NCBI GenBank assembly: GCA_041674285.1
Contig: JBAYVZ010000004.1
Coordinates: 21,913 to 85,912, forward strand
Reading direction: 5' to 3'
DNA length: 64,000 nucleotides
DNA from: Minisyncoccota bacterium
GTDB lineage: Bacteria > Patescibacteriota > Minisyncoccia > Phycocordibacterales > UBA9973
The translations under genes were made by a program, and so were the position numbers. The notes under the pieces are model-generated. The model was not told where the DNA came from and ran no database searches. It saw nothing but the letters and a program-made list of their open reading frames with translations. Below, piece by piece: positions 19,001 through 29,451 of the stretch. Numbering within the stretch: the first letter of the stretch is position 1; each line of letters opens with the position of its first letter.

Positions 19001-20296
19001 CTATTTTCCTCTCTTAAAAACCCAAAATAATATTAATAAATAGAAAATAACCAACATTAATAATGAAAATTTATATACAGTAACACTAGCAAATGGTAGT
19101 GAGGCAAATATCTGTATAACTTTTAAAATATAAGAAAGTAGTATATTTGAAACCCCACCAAATAAAGAGGATAATCCAATCCCCAAAAAACCAGCCAAGC
19201 CAGAGATAAATGAGAACAGCATCGCTAGTGGAATAAAAGGTAGTATAAATATATTTGCGGGGAAAGAAACAAAAGACAGTATTCCACTACTATATAGTAG
19301 CAGTGGGAGTACTGCTATTTGCGCAGCGATAGTAGTGGAGGCTATTTCTCGTATACCAAATCGTGCAGGTATCAAGAATACCCAAGACACCACCATAGGT
19401 GTAATATATAAAATACCAAAAGTAGCAACAAAAGAAAGTTGAAAAGATATATCAGTAACAACTCGCGGATCATACGCAAACATAATAAGACCTGCTATTA
19501 TCAGGGCCCTACTAGCATCATAATTCCTCCCAGATATCCTACCGAGCAATGCGATGATAGCCATTACCCCCGCCCGGACAGCAGATGCCCCAGACCCAGC
19601 CATGACAACAAATAAAATTATGACAAAAACACCCAAACCCAGAGATATAGCCATCGAGAAAATAATACCGAAAACTTTGACTACAGAGTTCGCAACGATA
19701 GTCACATTGTACCCAGAGAGTGCGATGATATGTATCGTTCCAGTAGTCACAAAATCATTGCGCATCTTTTCGCTAAAATTCCCTTTTACTCCTAAGATCA
19801 ATCCATTAGCCAAGTCGCTACTAGGATGACCGATAGCAAGATTGATATTTTCTACAAAATTATTTTTTAATTTAAATAAATATTTTTTAATCATACTCCC
19901 CTGATCATGAGACACCACGTCCACCTCTGCATACTGCACAGTAAAATAAACATCTCGATTTGCAAGATATCTCTCATAATTAAATTCCTTGCCTGTATTT
20001 GTAATAAAATTCTCTGGAGTTTCTAATGATCCCTTTACATAAATCTCGTCTCCATACTCTACTTTAGTCTCAAGATTAGCAACTACTAGGATATTGATAT
20101 CTGTATTGATAGGATTTACAGTCAATCTCTGATTATTGACTCTTACATCTGGCTGATCCACAACGATACCGTGGAACGATACGACCTTCCCCACACTATC
20201 AAAATACCCACTCGGAGGAGTAGGTATAAAATACAAAAAGCGTATGAGTGCTATAGATAAGAGTATTATTACAATTATTATTTCACGAGTTCGCAT
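19001..20296 (-). CDS. comEC: Competence protein ComEC (DUF4131 + competence domain, no beta-lactamase domain)
   Basis: GTIHIIALSGYNV, ASAVRAGVM, SFQLSFVAT. Confidence 0.92.
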   Translation of the reverse strand: MRTREIIIVIILLSIALIRFLYFIPTPPSGYFDSVGKVVSFHGIVVDQPDVRVNNQRLTVNPINTDINILVVANLETKVEYGDEIYVKGSLETPENFITNTGKEFNYERYLANRDVYFTVQYAEVDVVSHDQGSMIKKYLFKLKNNFVENINLAIGHPSSDLANGLILGVKGNFSEKMRNDFVTTGTIHIIALSGYNVTIVANSVVKVFGIIFSMAISLGLGVFVIILFVVMAGSGASAVRAGVMAIIALLGRISGRNYDASRALIIAGLIMFAYDPRVVTDISFQLSFVATFGILYITPMVVSWVFLIPARFGIREIASTTIAAQIAVLPLLLYSSGILSFVSFPANIFILPFIPLAMLFSFISGLAGFLGIGLSSLFGGVSNILLSYILKVIQIFASLPFASVTVYKFSLLMLVIFYLLILFWVFKRGK

Positions 20297-20832
20297 ACTC
20301 CTTTACTTGAAAAACTTGTAGCTATTTGATCAGCGCGTTCATTGTAGATATGACCGCTGTGGCCTTTTACTTTTTCCCATGAGAGCTTCCCTTGATATCC
20401 ACGTACGAGGCCGATGAGTTCTTGCCATAGGTCCTGGTTCAAGACTGGCTTTTTATTGGCAGTTCGCCATCCATTTTTTTCCCAGTTTGCCACCCAAGAA
20501 TTTACGCCACCTAATACATAGGCAGAATCAGCGCAGATATTCACCTCGGGGAAACTTTTTAGACTAGATAAATATCGTAGCGTCTCAATCACGCCTTTTA
20601 ACTCCATTCGATTGTTTGTAGTGGCTTTTTCGTATCCACCGAGCTCGTATACTATTTTATCCCCTTCTACCATGACAGCACCGTACCCTCCAGGACCAGG
20701 ATTCCCTAGTGAAGATCCGTCTGTATATACATCAACCCTGTTAGAAGCCGCCCCCGATAGTAATCGGGTGCTACGGTCACCTTGGGGCGACCTGCTTCTA
20801 ACAGGGTCAATTTTTTTTATATTCATATTCAT
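20278..20832 (-). CDS. rnhA: Ribonuclease HI with a 25-aa N-terminal element-derived insertion
   Basis: YTDGSSLGNPGPGG, TTNNRMEL, DSAYV, WEKNGW, KVKGHSG, NERADQIA. Confidence 0.95.
   Translation of the reverse strand: MNMNIKKIDPVRSRSPQGDRSTRLLSGAASNRVDVYTDGSSLGNPGPGGYGAVMVEGDKIVYELGGYEKATTNNRMELKGVIETLRYLSSLKSFPEVNICADSAYVLGGVNSWVANWEKNGWRTANKKPVLNQDLWQELIGLVRGYQGKLSWEKVKGHSGHIYNERADQIATSFSSKGVCELVK
20736..20806. mobile_element. 71-bp TIR element inserted in frame in rnhA
   Basis: CCCTGTTAGAAG...CTTCTAACAGGG flanked by TCAA direct repeats; 71+4=75 nt. Confidence 0.8.
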
Positions 20833-20862
20833 ATTTGCATTGTATCAGAAATGTACTCCCAA

Positions 20863-22527
20863 TTAAACTATGTCAACAATACGCAAACGGAGCTCTGTGC
20901 GCCCTGCAAAGAAGCTTTTTTCAAAGGTAGCTAGGAGATTTATTCTATCCCCATCATTTAATTTAAAAGTCTCGCGAGTTTTAAAGAATGCGATAGCTTT
21001 AATTGTTCGTCGTCTTGAATCTAGAAATACAAGTTCAAGATGATTTTTTTCTTTTCCAAATTCTTTTAATCCAGCGATTTGAATATTTTCAAATTTGAAA
21101 ATTGGCTTTGGATTACCCATCCCAAACGGTGCCATCTTTTCTATAACTTTATAATTATCATTATTTACATCATCAAGAGTGATTGATGCATCTATCATAT
21201 ACGAATTATTATTTTCTTCTGTGTCTTCTGTTTTATTTGAAATAATATTTGAGTGTACAATATTTAATCTCTCTTCAAGGAAATGAACCTCTGTGTGAGA
21301 GACAGCGAATCCTCCTGCCCCCACATGACCTCCGAATTCAAGTAAGCTATTTTCAGGTAATCCGGTCATCAGTTCTACAACATTTACAGACCCCCATGTA
21401 CGACAAGATCCACGAATAGTATCACTACCCTCTTGTCCCCAGACGAATACTGGCTTTTTGTATTCTTCAGCAATTTTAGATGCCACGAGTCCGAGCACTC
21501 CTACTCGCCAATCAGGATTACCTATCACTATTATTTCTTTTTCTTCTCGGGCTTGCATCTTGTGCTTCACATCTTTCATAATGTGCGCAACTATTGTTTT
21601 TCTCTCTGTATTTATTTTGTCCAGATGAGATGCGAGAGTTTTTGCTTGTACGAGATCCGTAGTTGAGAGAAGTTCGAATGCACGCATCGGACTATCCATA
21701 CGACTGGCAGCATTGAGCTTTGGTGCAATAGTAAAACCGACATCATCTTCAATGATATTTTTTGGATCTACATTCGCCTTCTTTAACAATTCAGCCAGTC
21801 CTGGACGACGAGCTTTTTGTAAAACTTTCAAACCATAAAATGCTAATACTCGATTCTCATGTAGCAGTGGCACTTGATCAGCAATAGTAGCGAGTCCTGC
21901 CATATCCAGTAACCATTTCTCCCAGCCATTTTGAATATTCCAATACTCTCCGTATTTTTTTATTAATCCTTGTACGAGCTTGAATGCGAGTCCTGCCCCA
22001 CAGAGCATATCATCCGGATAGCTACAATCACTCTGTTTTGGATTGATGATCGCATAAGCCTTTGGTATATGCTCGTGCGGAAGATGGTGATCTGTGATGA
22101 TCACGTCTATACCATTGGCCGTAGCGGTCGCCACCTCTTCAACTGCTGTGATACCTAGATCAAAAGTGATGACGAGTTTTACATCTGTCTTTATAAATTC
22201 ATCTACGGCTTCTTTGTTTAAACCATACCCTTCGAGGTGTCTGTCTGGTATATATACTAGGAAATTCTCATATCCGATCTTTGTAAAAAAATCGTGCATT
22301 ATCACAGCAGCAGGGATACCATCGCAATCATAATCACTGTAAACGACTATTTTTTCTTTTGCTTCTACTGCTTCGAATATGCGTACACAGGCACGCTCCA
22401 TATCTTTTAATAGATACGGATCATATATATCAGTCTCATAATTAGGATTTAGGAACTTGTCGGCATCAGATGCAGATATTCCCCTATTTCTCAAAAGTAT
22501 CTCTAGTAGTTCGGCATGGTTTGGCAT
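20863..22527 (-). CDS. recJ: ssDNA exonuclease RecJ
   Basis: DYDCDG, ITDHH, TIADQVPL, GSCR, GGHVGAGG, PFGMGNP; start at MPNH after TGTTACAAT. Confidence 0.96.
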   Translation of the reverse strand: MPNHAELLEILLRNRGISASDADKFLNPNYETDIYDPYLLKDMERACVRIFEAVEAKEKIVVYSDYDCDGIPAAVIMHDFFTKIGYENFLVYIPDRHLEGYGLNKEAVDEFIKTDVKLVITFDLGITAVEEVATATANGIDVIITDHHLPHEHIPKAYAIINPKQSDCSYPDDMLCGAGLAFKLVQGLIKKYGEYWNIQNGWEKWLLDMAGLATIADQVPLLHENRVLAFYGLKVLQKARRPGLAELLKKANVDPKNIIEDDVGFTIAPKLNAASRMDSPMRAFELLSTTDLVQAKTLASHLDKINTERKTIVAHIMKDVKHKMQAREEKEIIVIGNPDWRVGVLGLVASKIAEEYKKPVFVWGQEGSDTIRGSCRTWGSVNVVELMTGLPENSLLEFGGHVGAGGFAVSHTEVHFLEERLNIVHSNIISNKTEDTEENNNSYMIDASITLDDVNNDNYKVIEKMAPFGMGNPKPIFKFENIQIAGLKEFGKEKNHLELVFLDSRRRTIKAIAFFKTRETFKLNDGDRINLLATFEKSFFAGRTELRLRIVDIV

Positions 22528-22559
22528 ACCTGCAATTGTAACATATAATAGATACATGA

Positions 22560-22678
22560 TCCCGTTAGAGATTTGTTTGTAATATTTCTAATTATTGGGA
22601 TAATTTAAATTATCGTCGCATTTTTTACTAGATATTAATTAGATACGGTAATGTAAACATTACCTATCTCTAACGGGA
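22560..22678 (+). mobile_element. Short TIR element at HIT start codon
   Basis: TCCCGTTAGAGAT...ATCTCTAACGGGA; ATGA on both sides (22556 and 22678). Confidence 0.8.
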
Positions 22679-22992
22679 TGAATGAAAATTGTATTTTTTG
22701 TAAGATTATAAGCAATGAAATCCCATCATCAAAAGTATATGAAGATGATAAATTCTTGGCTTTTTTAGACATCCATCCTGTTTCTAATGGGCACACCCTG
22801 TTAATACCCAAATCACATCATGAATGGATGGTTAATGCTCCAGATGAATTAATATCAGAAATATACAAAATGGCAAAAAAATTGATGATAGAGATCAAAG
22901 AGAAAAATAAATGTGAATATGTAAAACTATCTGTTATAGGTAAAGACGTGCCACACTTCCACATACACCTAATACCTGAATATAATAAATAA
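22678..22992 (+). CDS. HIT family nucleotide hydrolase
   Basis: CIFCKII, AFLDIHP, GHTLLIPK, HFHIHLIP. Confidence 0.95.
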   Translation: MNENCIFCKIISNEIPSSKVYEDDKFLAFLDIHPVSNGHTLLIPKSHHEWMVNAPDELISEIYKMAKKLMIEIKEKNKCEYVKLSVIGKDVPHFHIHLIPEYNK

Positions 22993-23016
22993 AAAACGCC
23001 CTGTAGGGCGTTTTTT
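22991..23016. terminator. Bidirectional terminator
   Basis: AAAAAACGCCCT-GT-AGGGCGTTTTTT. Confidence 0.8.
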
Positions 23017-23026
23017 ATTATTCTGA

Positions 23027-24151
23027 TTATTTTAAAGCTTTGATTCCAGGGAGTGTGCCCTTTGCTAAGAATTCAAGAGTAGCACCGCCACCGGTCGATA
23101 CAAAAGTAAAATCTTTTTCCATCTTAAATTTAGATATGACTTCTACCGTATCCCCTCCACCGATTATAGATATAGCTTTTGATTTTCCAATTGCTTTGAG
23201 TAGAGATTTAGTTCCGGCATCAAAACCATCTTCCAATTTTCCAAGTGGTCCATTCCAAAGAATCAGTTTTGCTTTTGCAATCTCCTCTTCCATCTTTACT
23301 ATTGTCATCGGTCCTGAATCGACAATTGTCTCTCCTGATGAAACCTTGTTAGCAGATACTGAATGTGGCTTGCCACTACCAGTAACCAATACATCAGTAG
23401 GTACGATTATCTTTGGATTCTTGATTAGTTTTGGTAGATTAAAATTCTTTTCTTCTATCAGAGAGTGCCCTACTTCATACCCCTGCTCTCGAAATACCTG
23501 ATCCGCGAGCGCCCCTCCGATAAACAGAGAATCAGCTATTGGTAGATATTTTTTAATCAAAGGTAATTTTGTCTCAAATTTTGCGCCTCCGAGAATAAAT
23601 AAAAATGGATGCTTGGGCTCGTTGAATACAACAGAAAGATGCTGGACTTCATCCATCATTTGCAGGCCAGCAAAACTCGGCAAGAATTTAGGTAGTGATA
23701 CGATAGATGCATGAGGGCGATGAGACACAGAAAATGCATCATTTACATAGATATCTCCTAGTCGAGACAAACCACGAGCAAAAGATACGTCATTTTTCTT
23801 TTCACCCACCTCTCTGCGAATATTTTCCAGCAATACAACACTGCCAGATTTCAATCCGGCTATTATATTCTCAGTCTCGTCAGATAGTATGCTGGATTTT
23901 ACAAAAACAACTTCTTTTATATATTTTTTAAGAGTCTTGGCTATTACATCCAAGCTTTGACTACCATCATCCCCCGCGTGAGCCACTAGTATAACGATCG
24001 CCCCCTTTTTCAACAGAAAGTTAATAGTAGGTAATGATTTTTGTATCCTAAAGTCATCGATTATTTTACCGTTCTTTATTGGCACATTAAAATCCACTCT
24101 TACTAGAACTTTCTTACCCTTCAGATTTTCGATTTCTTTAATTGATTTCAT
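23027..24151 (-). CDS. pgk: Phosphoglycerate kinase
   Basis: RVDFNVP, LLENIR, YVNDAF, GGAK, WNGPLG, GGGDT, STGGGATLEFL. Confidence 0.97.
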   Translation of the reverse strand: MKSIKEIENLKGKKVLVRVDFNVPIKNGKIIDDFRIQKSLPTINFLLKKGAIVILVAHAGDDGSQSLDVIAKTLKKYIKEVVFVKSSILSDETENIIAGLKSGSVVLLENIRREVGEKKNDVSFARGLSRLGDIYVNDAFSVSHRPHASIVSLPKFLPSFAGLQMMDEVQHLSVVFNEPKHPFLFILGGAKFETKLPLIKKYLPIADSLFIGGALADQVFREQGYEVGHSLIEEKNFNLPKLIKNPKIIVPTDVLVTGSGKPHSVSANKVSSGETIVDSGPMTIVKMEEEIAKAKLILWNGPLGKLEDGFDAGTKSLLKAIGKSKAISIIGGGDTVEVISKFKMEKDFTFVSTGGGATLEFLAKGTLPGIKALK

Positions 24152-24909
24152 TTTATTTGATCCGCAATAGATATTATTTTTACAATCTTTTTTGAATTTA
24201 GACTGTCTCGGCCAACTAATAAACCATCAGCACTACCCTCCAATAGGAAAGACAATGCATTCTCTGGGTGAACAGAACCTCCATACAGTACGGACATACC
24301 ATGAGCAGTTTTAATGTCATACATATCAGAAATAACTTTCTTGATAAAAATACTCATTTCAATAAACTCAGGAATCTCTGCATTTCGCACGGCCGAAGAA
24401 CCTATCGCCCAAACTGGTTCATAAGCAATAACAACATTTTTTATTTGAGATTTAGACACAGAAGCCAAACACTCATGTATCTGATTTTTTACAAAAGAAA
24501 GATAAAAACCATTATGATCTCGTTCCTTCTCCCCTACACACAAAACTGGGATCAGTTTATTCTTTAAGGATAATAGTATTTTTTTATTTACCAGAGCGTT
24601 GTCTTCACCCATAGCTCGACGCTCAGAGTGACCTATGATTGCATAAGTGGCCCCGATGCTACCTGCCATCTTGACTGATACTTCGCCAGTATAAGCACCT
24701 TCAGACTCAGAAGAAATATTCTGTACTCCAATAAATATTTTTTTATTTTTTAATTTAAGATTAGATATGAATGGAAATGGTGGACAGATGACAGTAATAC
24801 TATTTTTAAAATTCTTAATAGCACTTGAGATTTCATTTGAAATCTTGTCAGAATCCTTTTGAGTTTGAGGATTCATCTTCCAGTTAGCAATTATAAGTTT
24901 TTGAGCCAT
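24148..24909 (-). CDS. tpiA: Triosephosphate isomerase
   Basis: ANWKMN, GHSERR, AYEPVWAIG, YGGSV. Confidence 0.97.
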   Translation of the reverse strand: MAQKLIIANWKMNPQTQKDSDKISNEISSAIKNFKNSITVICPPFPFISNLKLKNKKIFIGVQNISSESEGAYTGEVSVKMAGSIGATYAIIGHSERRAMGEDNALVNKKILLSLKNKLIPVLCVGEKERDHNGFYLSFVKNQIHECLASVSKSQIKNVVIAYEPVWAIGSSAVRNAEIPEFIEMSIFIKKVISDMYDIKTAHGMSVLYGGSVHPENALSFLLEGSADGLLVGRDSLNSKKIVKIISIADQIK

Positions 24910-24938
24910 TTATCTATTATAGCACAATTAAGGCGTTT

Positions 24939-26729
24939 CTACTGAGCCTCTTTCCAAGAGGCCAAATTCCATGAGCCGCTTGCATTTGAAGACTGAAACC
25001 CTAGACTAGACAAGGCTGATTTGAAATTAATCTTTGCCCCATTGGTTATGGCCATTTGGTAAGCTACAACAGTATTGAGCTCTGACCCTCCTGCAACCCA
25101 TATCTCTCCATTTGGAGCATAAAAAGCGTCCACGTCCCCTCCGTTGTCTAAATATCCAGCAAATTGTTCTTTGTTGCTTATAGACCCGGAGTGGATTGCA
25201 TTGTTGGTGGTAACAAGAACCAAGAAACTATTAGAATTGCCAGAACCACGGACGCTGGCACCACCGTAGATATATATAGGCCCATCTGAAATTATAATAC
25301 CGTCATTAGTACCAAAACTAGAAGCGAGCTCTATGTCCCCCCCATTGCTCACCTGTATCTTACCTGTAACATACACAGGGCCATTGATAGTCAATTTACC
25401 AGAAGTAATGATAAGGTCACCTACTATTTTTCGTGGACCAAGAGACCCCCCAGACCAGTTGATACTTACGCTGCCATTAGTGACTCCCCCTGCAGTTGCT
25501 TGCTCCTTCCATGAGTCGATGAATTCGTTTGTCACGGGGAAAGACAGTGGCTGAGGGTTTGAAGATTCTTCTGGCGCTGTCACGCAATTTTTATTATTTC
25601 TACCGGCTTGACAGTATAGATTATAATTACTATTCACATTTACACCTCCTACCGTCTCAGCATATGCATTCCCTTCTAGATTAATAGAGCCATAAGATTC
25701 TCCTTGAATATAAGAAGGCACCCTATCGAAAAATACTTTATAGTAGCTTGTGGACGCAGGTGAATTGGCAACCCAAGCGCTACCATTATTGGATCTGACC
25801 TTACCCTCTCCACCAGTGGTCAAACCAAGAGTGTGATGATTCCACTGAGAAGTAGTGTGGTTAAAAATAATCCAATATTTTGTATTCGCTGAAAGTGTTG
25901 GGGTGGTAGTAAAATCCGCATTAACCCATCCAAAACTACTCATCGTTCCGAAGCTATTCTGCGGAGTAGTCCAGGTGGCTAGTGTGGTTGTCCCAGGTGA
26001 GCCATAATTATCATTAACGACACTCACAGTAAAATTACCCGCGGACTGATTCGTCTTCATGTAGAGAGACACTCTCTTTAGGACACCACTTGCTGTAGTA
26101 GTAAAACTTTGAGCAAAATCTTCCTTGGGACTGTAGCCCAATATCACGCTTGATGGTGGAGTACTCGCACCAATATTTGAGACATGAGCTGGAGCTGGGA
26201 CTGGACTCGCAGCATAGATATTTCCGTGCACACTCACGCTTTGGGCCGTTAAATTACCGCTGACATATATATCCCCACTCTCTACTTGGACACCATTACC
26301 CAGGAATAGCCCCCCGCCACCAACTTGAGCCCCATAACTAAAAGACAAGCCAGGTGAAGTCGTTAGACTAATATTATTTTTTCTCTGCAATGATCCACTA
26401 TCCCCCAGGGAACTAATCTCTTTTTTATTGGCAGTGATGCTATTTATAGTCGTGGTTGCAGTAGAACTACCTAGGACTATTGTTTCACTCGATCCAATCT
26501 GTTTGTTATTTTTTATGCGATATATAGCGTCTTCAACTCCCGACTCAGAAGCAAAATAGGACTGCCTGGAGGTTATAACATTTGAAGCTATCTTAAATTC
26601 TCTCACTACAGGAGTAACTATCCCTATTAAAATAGTAATACTAATAAACATAAAAAAGAAGACGAGTACCAATGTCGCTGCCCCCTTATGCCCTTTTTTA
26701 TATTTAATTTGTAATTTATAATTTATCAT
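24939..26729 (-). CDS. Large PilX-like minor pilin / pilus tip adhesin
   Basis: KGAATLVLVFF prepilin-like start, AESGVEDAIYRI, beta-rich C-terminus ending WKEAQ. Confidence 0.7.
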   Translation of the reverse strand: MINYKLQIKYKKGHKGAATLVLVFFFMFISITILIGIVTPVVREFKIASNVITSRQSYFASESGVEDAIYRIKNNKQIGSSETIVLGSSTATTTINSITANKKEISSLGDSGSLQRKNNISLTTSPGLSFSYGAQVGGGGLFLGNGVQVESGDIYVSGNLTAQSVSVHGNIYAASPVPAPAHVSNIGASTPPSSVILGYSPKEDFAQSFTTTASGVLKRVSLYMKTNQSAGNFTVSVVNDNYGSPGTTTLATWTTPQNSFGTMSSFGWVNADFTTTPTLSANTKYWIIFNHTTSQWNHHTLGLTTGGEGKVRSNNGSAWVANSPASTSYYKVFFDRVPSYIQGESYGSINLEGNAYAETVGGVNVNSNYNLYCQAGRNNKNCVTAPEESSNPQPLSFPVTNEFIDSWKEQATAGGVTNGSVSINWSGGSLGPRKIVGDLIITSGKLTINGPVYVTGKIQVSNGGDIELASSFGTNDGIIISDGPIYIYGGASVRGSGNSNSFLVLVTTNNAIHSGSISNKEQFAGYLDNGGDVDAFYAPNGEIWVAGGSELNTVVAYQMAITNGAKINFKSALSSLGFQSSNASGSWNLASWKEAQ

Positions 26730-26735
26730 TTCATT

Positions 26736-27257
26736 TTAATACCCACCTCTTAATATTATAGTACTATTAAAATTGCGGGGTATTATATTTTGAGTATTTG
26801 TATTTACTACAGTCATTTCTATCTTTACAGCCTCCCCAGCTGTAGTCACAATACGCCTAAATACTAAGTTAGAAATAGATACATCTGCTCCCAGTAAATT
26901 ATCAACAAGAGTACCATTTTGATATAGATTCAAGGCTCCATTCTCTATTATAAATTTTACTGTTCGAGCATTCCCTGATTCATCTTTGCTATTCAACTGC
27001 AAAGAGCCCAGACTACTACCTAGCACACTATTTGAAGTATCTACACTAGATGATTGCCTGATCTCCCGTGTCATCCTCTCAAAAACAACATTACCAGTTT
27101 CTAATATATTACGAATATCACGTGTCTTACTAAAAGATGAAATTACTACTACAGATGAAGTAATAACCGCGATAGATATAATACTAAAGATACCAACATA
27201 AATTAAAATTTCCACCAAGGAGAAACCTTTATTAAATTGTTTTAAATTATTTGTCAT
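26736..27257 (-). CDS. Type IV minor pilin
   Basis: KGFSLVEILIY N-methylation motif; REIRQS. Confidence 0.88.
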   Translation of the reverse strand: MTNNLKQFNKGFSLVEILIYVGIFSIISIAVITSSVVVISSFSKTRDIRNILETGNVVFERMTREIRQSSSVDTSNSVLGSSLGSLQLNSKDESGNARTVKFIIENGALNLYQNGTLVDNLLGADVSISNLVFRRIVTTAGEAVKIEMTVVNTNTQNIIPRNFNSTIILRGGY

Positions 27258-27752
27258 TTAATTAAAAATATTAGCAACGTAAAAAGACAAACTCTTTGAA
27301 AGAGTGACTCCTCCAGAAGGCCAAGATACAGTGACTGTCACCTTCTTGGTGCCTGGGTCAACTGTCCCAGACGTAGCGATATCATCATTCGAATCTCTAG
27401 ATACAGCAGAGAATACGATTGTTCTTGTAAAAAAACTATCGATAGTATTGGGGGTTGTAGATAGAGAAACCGTATTATTACCTGTATTAAAAGATGTGTA
27501 ATAATTAGTATTATTACTAAAACCAGAGATGTTTGACCAATTATTGTCTCGTATTATTTTTACACTCTCTGCCCCCTCTTCAAGAAGGAAACTCGCTTGC
27601 ACTTGCCTGAGTGCTACATTTGAAAGATTTATACCTTTGTTGGTAGCAGAAATTAAACTGAAGGATAATATCGAGAAAATCGAACATGCCACCATCACCT
27701 CTACGAGAGCAGAACCCTTCTTGTATTTATTTTTTAAAAAAATATTAAACAT
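27258..27752 (-). CDS. Type IV minor pilin (PilV-like)
   Basis: KGSALVEVMVA; KKVTVTVSW. Confidence 0.85.
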   Translation of the reverse strand: MFNIFLKNKYKKGSALVEVMVACSIFSILSFSLISATNKGINLSNVALRQVQASFLLEEGAESVKIIRDNNWSNISGFSNNTNYYTSFNTGNNTVSLSTTPNTIDSFFTRTIVFSAVSRDSNDDIATSGTVDPGTKKVTVTVSWPSGGVTLSKSLSFYVANIFN

Positions 27753-27754
27753 TT

Positions 27755-28234
27755 TTAATTTGAAGAAGAAACTCCAGTTTTTTTAATCGTTATAATCTTT
27801 TTTTGATTATTATCACTATTTAATTGTAGCACGATATTCCCATTTTGATTTGTATCTCCAGTTAGTCGCGTAAATGTTACATTTGCACCACCCCCAGTTA
27901 GATTGATCCCGCCACTAGATGGGATAGATACAGCACTATCAAAATTTACTACATAATTATTTGAGTCACTGCGATTAAATACACCACCAGTGAACAAGAC
28001 AGCTCTATTTGTTTCAAAATGGACGCTGTAGTAATTTGAATTCTTTGAAGCCAATGTTTCCATCCGAGCTTTGTTCAAAAGAGACACGACATCTTCTGCT
28101 GTATTAACCAAGACTTGGTGATTCTTGAAGCTAGACAATGATGGCATAACAACCGCCGTGATAACCGCCAATATCGCTATTGATATCAATATCTCAATTG
28201 CCCCTATACCCTTATTGTAATTATTTTTTTTCAT
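27755..28234 (-). CDS. Type IV minor pilin (FimT/GspH-like)
   Basis: KGIGAIEILISIAIL; start at MKKNN. Confidence 0.85.
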   Translation of the reverse strand: MKKNNYNKGIGAIEILISIAILAVITAVVMPSLSSFKNHQVLVNTAEDVVSLLNKARMETLASKNSNYYSVHFETNRAVLFTGGVFNRSDSNNYVVNFDSAVSIPSSGGINLTGGGANVTFTRLTGDTNQNGNIVLQLNSDNNQKKIITIKKTGVSSSN

Positions 28235-28235
28235 A

Positions 28236-29450
28236 TTATTGAATTGTGTCCAATATTGAATACATTGGCTGTAACATAGATACAGCAAAAAATCCAACAG
28301 CCGCGCCTATAAACACCATAAGTATAGGCTCTATTATAGTCGAAAGATCTTTTGTTTTTGAATCAACTTCACCTTCGTAAAACGAGGCAATATCGAGCAT
28401 CATATTAGACAAATTACCAGTCTCTTCCCCCACTTCTATCATCTCACCCACCATCACAGGATAAAGATCGTTCCGCTCTTTAAAGACAGAAGATAGGGGT
28501 ATTCCTTTTTCGATGCAGACGATACCTTTGTCGATAACATTCTTGTAGTAAACATTCTGAAGAACTTCCTTTGTAATCTCTAGAGCTTTTGACATATTGA
28601 CCCCCGAAGATAAGAGTGATGCTAGTGTGCGTGTTGTGCGTGCTGCATTCATCTCTTGAACAATAGAACCAATGACTGGCAATTTTATAATAATAAAATC
28701 AAGAATCTTTTTTGTAGAATCAAAAGTAGACATAAAATAAATAAGACCAAATATTCCTGATATAAAACCTAAGAATAGAATCAAGTGATTACTCACTGTG
28801 TCCGACAGCCATATTACAAATTTTGTAGAAGCAGGAAGTTCGGCACCCACATCTGCAAAAGTCTTTGTTAGAGTAGGCACTACAAATATCAACATCAAAA
28901 CACCAATTAAAATCATCGCTGAAAAAATAATCCCTGGATACATAAGTGCTCCTTTTATCTTTTTATTTAGAGCATAAGTTTTCTGTAAATTTGTACCAAC
29001 TTCAACTAGGGCTTTTGGGACAGACCCTGACTCCTCCCCCGCACGAACCATAGAGACGAACAACGAAGAAAAAGTGTCCGGAAATTTTTTCATACCATCT
29101 GACAAAGACCCTCCTTTACTGATAGTCTCTGACAGTGTCTGTAAAACTTTTTTGTATTGATAATTCTGAGTTTGCTTTTCGAGAACAGCAAGAGATCGAG
29201 CTAGTGACAAACCAGCCTGGAGCATTCCTGATAAATTTTTAGTAAACATAATACGCTCCTCTAGACCAATTCCGCCAAAACTAATATGTGATATTTTAAA
29301 CCATATATTTTTTTCTTCAACTTCTTGTACTGAAAGTGGTGTCTCGTTCATATCACGAATCTGTCGAGCAGCCAAAAGGCTATCAGATGCCTCGATGGAA
29401 CCCTTGTGAATCTCACCTATCTTATTTTGAGATACGTAATTAAATTTCAT
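28236..29450 (-). CDS. pilC: Type IV pilus platform protein PilC/GspF
   Basis: RAGEESG, KIKGALMYP, VGEETGNL, IIEPILM. Confidence 0.93.
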   Translation of the reverse strand: MKFNYVSQNKIGEIHKGSIEASDSLLAARQIRDMNETPLSVQEVEEKNIWFKISHISFGGIGLEERIMFTKNLSGMLQAGLSLARSLAVLEKQTQNYQYKKVLQTLSETISKGGSLSDGMKKFPDTFSSLFVSMVRAGEESGSVPKALVEVGTNLQKTYALNKKIKGALMYPGIIFSAMILIGVLMLIFVVPTLTKTFADVGAELPASTKFVIWLSDTVSNHLILFLGFISGIFGLIYFMSTFDSTKKILDFIIIKLPVIGSIVQEMNAARTTRTLASLLSSGVNMSKALEITKEVLQNVYYKNVIDKGIVCIEKGIPLSSVFKERNDLYPVMVGEMIEVGEETGNLSNMMLDIASFYEGEVDSKTKDLSTIIEPILMVFIGAAVGFFAVSMLQPMYSILDTIQ

Positions 29451-29451
29451 A

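Noticed and set aside
24148-24151. Alternative genetic code (UGA=Gly) as in some CPR
   Set aside because: Conserved genes are intact under code 11 and tpiA ends in TGA overlapping the pgk ATG
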